Shown here: one piece after another, positions 57,696 through 64,000 of the stretch
Position numbering within the stretch: position 1 is the stretch's first letter
Layout: each line of letters opens with the position of its first letter
Origin: Candidatus Kerfeldbacteria bacterium
GTDB lineage: Bacteria > Patescibacteriota > Patescibacteriia > UBA9570
Reading direction: 5' to 3'
Length of the DNA: 64,000 nt
Assembly (NCBI GenBank): GCA_016182495.1
Contig: JACPGK010000002.1
Location: forward strand, 12,581 to 76,580
Made by a program: the position numbers and the translations under genes
The notes under the pieces: model-generated
The model's database searches: none
Seen by the model: the letters and a program-made list of their open reading frames with translations, nothing else
What the model was told of the DNA's origin: nothing

Positions 57696-58454
57696 TTAAC
57701 TTTGCCGCAGATACGCTTTCCAACCAGCCTGACGGTACTGTTTAGCGGCAGCGGCCGAGTCGATGGCACCATAAATACCACGGCCAACAATAATGACATC
57801 GCTGCCGCCTTGAATGGCTTGTTCAGGACTAACATATTGTTGCTTTAAATCATCACCTTTATCAGCTAAATTTACACCCGGTGTCATGGTAATAAATTTT
57901 GGATCATCAACCAGCCTTTTCATACCAATGAACCCTATTACAAAATCACTATACTGTTCTGCCCAGCGTAACGCGGCTTGCGTATATTCACCAGTGGCTA
58001 AATTACCAGCTGAACTCATTTCACCAATCAATAATAATCCTCTGCCCTTTTCTAAACCAACCGCTCGCAAGCCTTCAATCACACCCGGACCAGGCACAAC
58101 ATGAGCATTAATGATATCTGACCAATCAACCATGTGATAGAGGCCTTGGCCGTATTGCAATTGCACAGTATTGCCAATGTCAGCAAATTTGCGGTCTTCA
58201 AAAATTAAAAATTTATGCTGTTGACTCAATTCAACCAAACTATTAATAAAATCATTACTACAGTTAGTCACCACATCGATATGTGTTTTTAATACACAAA
58301 TATCATCGCCTATGATCTGGGCTAAACGAATAATATCGTTAGCATCAGTTAAATCGGCTGCGACTGCTAGATTAGTTTCCTTCTCGGCCATGATTTCAAA
58401 TAAACGTTTGGCCGTAGCATTAGTGGTTAATTGAATACGATCTTGATAATTCAT
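57696..58454 (-). CDS. pyrF: Orotidine 5'-phosphate decarboxylase
   Basis: DRKFADIGNTV (DxKxxDIxxT) motif; in pyr operon. Confidence 0.75.
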   Translation of the reverse strand: MNYQDRIQLTTNATAKRLFEIMAEKETNLAVAADLTDANDIIRLAQIIGDDICVLKTHIDVVTNCSNDFINSLVELSQQHKFLIFEDRKFADIGNTVQLQYGQGLYHMVDWSDIINAHVVPGPGVIEGLRAVGLEKGRGLLLIGEMSSAGNLATGEYTQAALRWAEQYSDFVIGFIGMKRLVDDPKFITMTPGVNLADKGDDLKQQYVSPEQAIQGGSDVIIVGRGIYGAIDSAAAAKQYRQAGWKAYLRQS

Positions 58455-58457
58455 AGA

Positions 58458-59102
58458 TTATTTTCCTTTAGCTTCAAAAAATTTTTTACCGTGGCCGATG
58501 GTGGTATTAATTGGGATAGTATTAGCACACAGTTGACACTGATTTGGACTGTACACTTGAACGATCTTTTCAGCTAAAGCTTCAAATGGCACACCAAACA
58601 AAGCACTATTGACTACGTGAGGGTTTTTATTGACCATCACAGCCGCTACCACTACTTTACCCCCAGCGGCCTGTACAGCCTCAACCGCTTTTTTCAGTGA
58701 ACCGCCGGTGGTAGTGAGATCTTCAACCACTGCCACATTTTTTCCAGTCACAATTTTATCATAGCCACGAGTTAACTGTAAGGTGCCATCTTTTTTCTCG
58801 GCATAGACTGATAGAACGTTTTGGTTTGTCAATTTTGACAACGCTGCCGCTGTCCATTGGGATAAAATAATTCCACCTAAGGCTGGCCCAGCGACCACTG
58901 CGACATTATAGGTTTTTAACTTGTCAGCAAACATTTGGCCAACGAGAGCAACTTTATCAGTATAAGGATAAAGGGCGTCTTTGTTAATATAGGTATCAAA
59001 GTGACTGCCGGAGGTACCAACAAAATGGTCGTTGGACATAATCGCTCCAATCTGTTCCAACATGGTTAAAAGATCTTCCATAAGTAGATAATTAATATTC
59101 AA
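58458..59102 (-). CDS. pyrE: Orotate phosphoribosyltransferase
   Basis: PRPP-binding VVEDLTTTGGSL. Confidence 0.8.
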   Translation of the reverse strand: MNINYLLMEDLLTMLEQIGAIMSNDHFVGTSGSHFDTYINKDALYPYTDKVALVGQMFADKLKTYNVAVVAGPALGGIILSQWTAAALSKLTNQNVLSVYAEKKDGTLQLTRGYDKIVTGKNVAVVEDLTTTGGSLKKAVEAVQAAGGKVVVAAVMVNKNPHVVNSALFGVPFEALAEKIVQVYSPNQCQLCANTIPINTTIGHGKKFFEAKGK

Positions 59103-59889
59103 TCATTTCCCCAGCTTTATTACGATGATATTGACCAAACTCGCTTAAACGTAAAGCATGTTTACCAGAAATCACCGGGCCAACCGTACACATTGGTTCG
59201 CCGGTATCATCAACACAACACTGCCCACATATTCCAAAACCGCATTTTATATAGCGCTCAATACTAATTTGGCTTGGCAGGCCGTATTTTTTGGCCACCG
59301 TGGCAGCGGCGTATTCCATTAATTCAGGGCCACATACATAGAGTACAGTTTTTTTTCTTTGGGCTGCCGATAAAACGCTGACGCGTTGCTCTAATAAGGC
59401 TGTCACATAGCCATGGTAACCAGCTGATCCATCATCAGTAGCCAGATAGGTATGTTTTGGAAACCGAGTAGGATATAATAACAATTTTTTATGGCGTGCA
59501 CCAATCAACACTTCATAGGTACAGTGATCAACTTTAGCCGCATTTACCAAATAGGCCAGCGGCGCTGAACCATAACCACCGCCAACAGCAATAACATGAC
59601 TGCGTGGTTTCCAAGTATACGGATTACCAAATGGGCCGGTTACACCAATGTTAGCTCCTGGTTTGAGTTTAAATAGTGCCTCCGTAAAATCTTTAATCTT
59701 AAACACGGCTACAGAAAATGTTTTACCGTTATCAGCTGCGATGGAAAATGGTTTTTGATCAATGCCTGGCAACCACAACATCACAAACTGGCCTGGTTTT
59801 GAACCAAGCTGGGAATAGCGGAACATGAATGATACTACATTATCAGCTTCGGGTTTAATGTTAAGTAGAGTGGCAATGCGCGGTTTCAT
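59092..59889 (-). CDS. pyrK: Dihydroorotate dehydrogenase electron-transfer subunit
   Basis: FNR-like FAD/NAD fold, C-terminal 2Fe-2S Cys cluster CGFGICGQCC. Confidence 0.8.
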   Translation of the reverse strand: MKPRIATLLNIKPEADNVVSFMFRYSQLGSKPGQFVMLWLPGIDQKPFSIAADNGKTFSVAVFKIKDFTEALFKLKPGANIGVTGPFGNPYTWKPRSHVIAVGGGYGSAPLAYLVNAAKVDHCTYEVLIGARHKKLLLYPTRFPKHTYLATDDGSAGYHGYVTALLEQRVSVLSAAQRKKTVLYVCGPELMEYAAATVAKKYGLPSQISIERYIKCGFGICGQCCVDDTGEPMCTVGPVISGKHALRLSEFGQYHRNKAGEMIEY

Positions 59890-59894
59890 AATTA

Positions 59895-60830
59895 TTAGGC
59901 GGAACGAGATTTATGAGCCTTGCCAATAATTGATTTTACATTACGCATGTTGTGCTGCTTCATGTACTGTTTCAACTCTGCCACAATTTTGCCGAATACA
60001 TCTGGACCGCGCCAAAACACGGCTGAACCTACTCCTACTAAGGTACCGCCAGCTAACATCATTTCAGCAGCATCTTCTCCACTGGTTACCCCACCAGTAG
60101 CAATAATTGGTATACGTTTAACACTATTGTATACATCCCAAACGGCTTTCAAGGCGATTGGTTTAAGAGCTGGGCCAGATACGCCACCAACCGTATTCGA
60201 TAAAAACGGTGCTTGAAAGGCGCTATCAATCGTCATGCCAGAAGCGGTGTTAATGGCGGTAATGGCATCGGCGCCGGCTTGTTCGCAAGCAGCCGCAATA
60301 GCTCCAATATTCCAAGCGTTGGGTGATAATTTCATACTCACAGGAACCCGTTTAGCGTATTTTTTGACTACTTTGGTAATAGCCACGGCGGCCTCTACAC
60401 TGTAGGCAAACGGCGTATCAAATTCCTCACCTACGTTAGGACAAGAAATATCAATTTCTAAAATATCAATTGGAGCGCTACAAATACGCTTGGTTACAAT
60501 ACCAAACTCTGCTACGTTGCCAGCAAACACACTGCCAATTAAGGGAGCGTGACAGATTTTTTTGAATTTTTTTATCTCTTTAATTCCAGCCTCAATACCA
60601 GGATTCGATAACCCAACCGCATTAAGAAAAAAATGATCATACCCGCCCATGGTAGGATTACGATGTCCGGTTCTTGATTTCAGTGATAATGATTTAATCG
60701 TTACTCCACCAGCGCCTAAATCGATACAACGCTTGAGCGAAGCCGCCGTGACACCTAAAATGCCAGAAGCTAAGACAATTGGATTAGCAAAGCGGACTCC
60801 TAAAAAATCAATTTTCATTAGAGCTATCAT
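59895..60830 (-). CDS. pyrD: Dihydroorotate dehydrogenase 1B catalytic subunit
   Basis: TIM-barrel DHODH motifs (GVTIKSLS, EIDISCPNV, GGV..G). Confidence 0.85.
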   Translation of the reverse strand: MIALMKIDFLGVRFANPIVLASGILGVTAASLKRCIDLGAGGVTIKSLSLKSRTGHRNPTMGGYDHFFLNAVGLSNPGIEAGIKEIKKFKKICHAPLIGSVFAGNVAEFGIVTKRICSAPIDILEIDISCPNVGEEFDTPFAYSVEAAVAITKVVKKYAKRVPVSMKLSPNAWNIGAIAAACEQAGADAITAINTASGMTIDSAFQAPFLSNTVGGVSGPALKPIALKAVWDVYNSVKRIPIIATGGVTSGEDAAEMMLAGGTLVGVGSAVFWRGPDVFGKIVAELKQYMKQHNMRNVKSIIGKAHKSRSA

Positions 60831-60839
60831 AGCTGCTTT

Positions 60840-61988
60840 TTAGGCAGCCGACAAGTTGCTACGAGCAAACGTTACCTGGCCTTGTACTGGCCAGCCGTGA
60901 AAGGGAGACCAGCCAGCTTTGCTATGTAAGGTAGCTTGATCTACCACCCATTGAGTAGCTGGATTAAATACTATCACATCGTTCGCTTGGGTAGTGGGCA
61001 TGGTTTTTGTAAAACCAAAAATACGGGCCGGGTTAGTAACGCAACAACGATAAATATCATCAAGAGTGATTTTCTCTTGAGCTACGGCAGTTAATAGTAA
61101 TGGAAACAATAATTCAATGTTTGGCAAACCAGCTGGCGGATTGACTAACTGTTTTTCAGTCCAAGTATGCGGAGCATGATCAGAGGCAATGACATCAACC
61201 ACACCATCACGAACGGCTTGCCACAGCACTGTATTATCGGCCGCTGTGCGCAAGGGTGGATTGACTTTAATATGAGCTGATTGATTCAACCATAAATGAT
61301 GAGGCGTAACTTCAACATACACTGTCACGCCTCTTTTTCTAAATTGCTGTACCAATGCAATTTCTTCAGCGGTGGATACATGGCACAAGTACACTGACCG
61401 CTGATACTGGGCGGCTAATTCGAGCACTTGTTGGGTAGCGGCAATAGCTGCTTCACGGGTATGTTCACCGCCGGCGTGTTGGATAATCCGATCAACTTCG
61501 GCATGAACCATTAATAATCGTGGACAATGTTCAAATAAATTAGTTAAAGCCGCCTTATCAGTAAGTGCTAATTGACTGCTAGATGTAGTCATAAACACCT
61601 TAATACCAGCCACGGTATCATCACAGGCCAGCACTTCGGCTAGGTTAGTATTGTTGGCACCAAAAGCCAATTTATAGCTAATGTTAGCCATGGAAGTAAT
61701 AGCTGATTTTTTTTCAGCTAACAATGCTTGCGTAGTGATGGGTACTCTATTGTTGGGCATATCAACTACGCTAGTGATGCCGCCAGCTAAAGCGGCAGCT
61801 GAACCAGTTATCCAATCTTCTTTATACTCTTCGCCGGGAGTACGAAAGTGTACATGACTATCAATTAACCCCGGCCAAATATAACAACCAGTGCAGTCAA
61901 TTTCTTTACCCCCGCTCTCCTCATTGAGGTTTACATCACCGAGATTAATTGAATTTTTTAGAATGACTCGATTCATGTCTGTAACCAA
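60840..61988 (-). CDS. pyrC: Dihydroorotase
   Basis: DSHVHFRTPG metal-binding HxH, amidohydrolase fold. Confidence 0.85.
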   Translation of the reverse strand: MVTDMNRVILKNSINLGDVNLNEESGGKEIDCTGCYIWPGLIDSHVHFRTPGEEYKEDWITGSAAALAGGITSVVDMPNNRVPITTQALLAEKKSAITSMANISYKLAFGANNTNLAEVLACDDTVAGIKVFMTTSSSQLALTDKAALTNLFEHCPRLLMVHAEVDRIIQHAGGEHTREAAIAATQQVLELAAQYQRSVYLCHVSTAEEIALVQQFRKRGVTVYVEVTPHHLWLNQSAHIKVNPPLRTAADNTVLWQAVRDGVVDVIASDHAPHTWTEKQLVNPPAGLPNIELLFPLLLTAVAQEKITLDDIYRCCVTNPARIFGFTKTMPTTQANDVIVFNPATQWVVDQATLHSKAGWSPFHGWPVQGQVTFARSNLSAA

Positions 61989-62887
61989 TACTGCAGCAAA
62001 GCGGCCCGCACTGGCATACCTAAAGCGGCTTGCTTGAAATAATAGGCTTGGGGCAAACTATCAACTGTTGGGCTGATTTCATTAACGCGCGGTAAAGCGT
62101 GCATAATAATAGCACCGGGTTTCATCTGGGCGGCCACACTAGGGGTAATAATGTATTGGTCTTTGAGTCGTTGATATTCAGTGTCACTTAGCCATTCTTT
62201 TTGCATGCGAGTTTGATACACTACGTCAGCCGTTGGCAACACACTCGTTAAATTGGTAGTGACTTGGTAGTTAATCCCCTGTTGGGTGAGTTCGTCAAGA
62301 ATATCAGTTTTCATGGCTAATTCAGGAGCCGATACAAACGTCATAGTCACATTGGGATAGCGAGCCAGTAACCGTACCAATGAACGAGTCGCCCGATAAT
62401 ATTTTAGATTACCAAGGCAGACAATGTGAAAATGATCAGTGCGACCAAGTGCCTGGCGAATAGTGTATAAATCGTACAGTGATTGGGTAGGATGTTCACC
62501 AGTACCATCGCCAGCATTAATCACCGGTACTGTGCTAACAATGGCCGCCCGACTAGCCGCGCCGGCTTCTGGATATCGCAGTACAATGGCATCAACATAA
62601 CTCGAAATTACCCGAACAGTATCTTCTAAAGTTTCTCCTTTGGTGGTTGAAGTTGCCGCCGGATCAGTGACGCTAATAACCCGACCACCACTACGCAGTA
62701 TGCCTGTTTCAAACGACAACCGGGTACGAGTAGACGGTTCAAAAAATAAGGTAGCAATCACTGTATGAGCTAAGGTTGGCTGGAAACCATCATGGAGTAT
62801 TTGATCAGTACGCTGAAAAATGGCGTTGATATCGTTAGTGGTAAGATCAGTAATGCTAATAAGGTGACGCATAGTATTAGTATTCAT
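61973..62887 (-). CDS. pyrB: Aspartate carbamoyltransferase catalytic subunit
   Basis: STRTRLSFE carbamoyl-phosphate-binding motif, HALP. Confidence 0.9.
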   Translation of the reverse strand: MNTNTMRHLISITDLTTNDINAIFQRTDQILHDGFQPTLAHTVIATLFFEPSTRTRLSFETGILRSGGRVISVTDPAATSTTKGETLEDTVRVISSYVDAIVLRYPEAGAASRAAIVSTVPVINAGDGTGEHPTQSLYDLYTIRQALGRTDHFHIVCLGNLKYYRATRSLVRLLARYPNVTMTFVSAPELAMKTDILDELTQQGINYQVTTNLTSVLPTADVVYQTRMQKEWLSDTEYQRLKDQYIITPSVAAQMKPGAIIMHALPRVNEISPTVDSLPQAYYFKQAALGMPVRAALLQYWLQT

Positions 62888-64000
62888 CCCACGCTTTAAT
62901 TGTTAAATCACTTTCTTTTAAGTTTGATACCGCAATTAAAAAGGCATTGGCCAATTGGACATCGCTGATTAACGGTATGTGATAATCAACCGCTGTGCGC
63001 CGAATAGAAAAACCATGACTGATTTCTTGATGGGTATGACCATGGGGGATATTGACAATAAAATCTACTACGCGTTGGCGGATTAATTCTAACACCGGTC
63101 GCCCTTTAATAACAGTTTTAACTGATACCTGGTGCTTGCGCAAAAAAGCGGCTGTACCGGCAGTAGCATACCATTGAAAACGGTGTTGACGATGTAACTT
63201 TTCAACAATTGATAACAATTTAGCTTTATCACGATCGTGTCCGATGGATAACAAAATATTTTTTTTAGGCCAATCTAACCCAGACGCCAGCATTGATTTT
63301 AAGATCGCTTCTTGATAGCCGTCACCAAAAGCGGCTACTTCACCAGTTGATCCCATCTCGACGTACAGCACCGGATCAGCTCCTTTAATGCGGCTATAAG
63401 AAAACACGGGTGATTTAACCGTAACATAATCCAAATCAAATTTCTTAAAATCAACGCTGGCAATTTTCCCGAGCATTGCTAGGGTAGCAATTTCGGCAAA
63501 GTTAATTTTGACTGATTTTGATACAAATGGAAAACTGCGGGAAGCACGAACGTTGATTTCAATAATTTTAATATCGTTATTTTTAGCTAAAAATTGAATA
63601 TTAAAAGGCCCGGTAATGTTAAGGGCTTGCACTACATCGCGCATCCGTTGTTTAGTGCGACGAATAGTTTCGAGATACGTCTTCTGTGGCGGAAATACGG
63701 CATGAGCATCACCCGAGTGTACACCAGCCAACTCCACATGTTCGGTCATGGCATATACCTTTAGTTCACCGTGTTGGGCTACTCCGTCAAATTCAATTTC
63801 TCGAGCCTCCGTAATAAATTTAGAAATTACCACCGGGTGCTGTTTTGAAATAGTGGCCGCTACTCGTAAATACTGCTGCAATTGTTTTGGAGAAACTGCT
63901 ATATTCATGGCTGCGCCGGATAACACATAGGAAGGACGAATCAATACTGGGTAACCAACAGCCTGGGCGAATTTTTTAGCAGCAGCCAGAGTGGTTACTT
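62877..64000 (-). CDS. carB: Carbamoyl-phosphate synthase large subunit, C-terminal part (continues beyond window)
   Basis: Second ATP-grasp half and MGS-like C-terminal domain (MGSTGEVAAFGD); ORF open to window end. Confidence 0.85.
   Translation of the reverse strand, partial: VTTLAAAKKFAQAVGYPVLIRPSYVLSGAAMNIAVSPKQLQQYLRVAATISKQHPVVISKFITEAREIEFDGVAQHGELKVYAMTEHVELAGVHSGDAHAVFPPQKTYLETIRRTKQRMRDVVQALNITGPFNIQFLAKNNDIKIIEINVRASRSFPFVSKSVKINFAEIATLAMLGKIASVDFKKFDLDYVTVKSPVFSYSRIKGADPVLYVEMGSTGEVAAFGDGYQEAILKSMLASGLDWPKKNILLSIGHDRDKAKLLSIVEKLHRQHRFQWYATAGTAAFLRKHQVSVKTVIKGRPVLELIRQRVVDFIVNIPHGHTHQEISHGFSIRRTAVDYHIPLISDVQLANAFLIAVSNLKESDLTIKAWDEY

Noticed and set aside
1-64000. tRNA/rRNA/ncRNA genes
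   Set aside because: No rRNA-like stretch is present. Intergenic spaces are almost all under 60 nt. The only long one (28075-28327) shows no cloverleaf-compatible arms (no GTTCGA/T-loop-like box).

Overview
The window is a low-GC bacterial chromosome segment; hand counts of a few 60-nt lines give about 35-45% GC. It is densely packed with core genes that have short intergenic spacers and many overlapping stop/start codons. Left to right, the plus strand carries: a ribosomal-protein/rpoA operon tail (rpsD', rpoA, rplQ, rplM, rpsI), an envelope-polysaccharide locus (Wzx-like flippase, GT4, GT2, Wzy-like membrane protein, two more GT2, a large membrane-anchored protein, an MreB paralog, a GT4), then holB, a BNR lipoprotein, frr, rseP, proS, a second mreB with mreC/mreD/PBP2, greA, a LysRS with a C-terminal HD domain, and serS. 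After that come ddl (minus strand) and an FtsQ-like gene (plus). The remainder carries an M23 peptidase, gltX, a GT26 gene, priA-like/def/fmt, more glycosyltransferases, dnaE, thrS, fbp, miaB, a higBA-like toxin-antitoxin pair and a pyr operon (pyrF-E-K-D-C-B plus the carB 3' end). Many proteins have minimal domain architectures: RpoA without the alpha-CTD, ProRS without the INS domain, ThrRS without the TGS domain, and PriA without ATPase motifs. Together with two MreB copies this fits a reduced-genome lineage such as Patescibacteria/CPR; that is an inference, not a demonstrated placement. Two things stand out. The first is a roughly 1.35-kb GC-rich island (about 65-70% GC in sampled lines) encoding a single secreted protein with Myxococcota-type MopE-like Cys/Asp motifs, acidic DDDTT tandem repeats and a MYXO-CTERM-like tail, driven by a host-like AT-rich promoter. 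The second is a roughly 330-bp GC-rich insert between thrS and fbp carrying a 77-aa ORF and a strong intrinsic terminator hairpin, which also supplies the last codons of fbp. No rRNA, tRNA or CRISPR was found.
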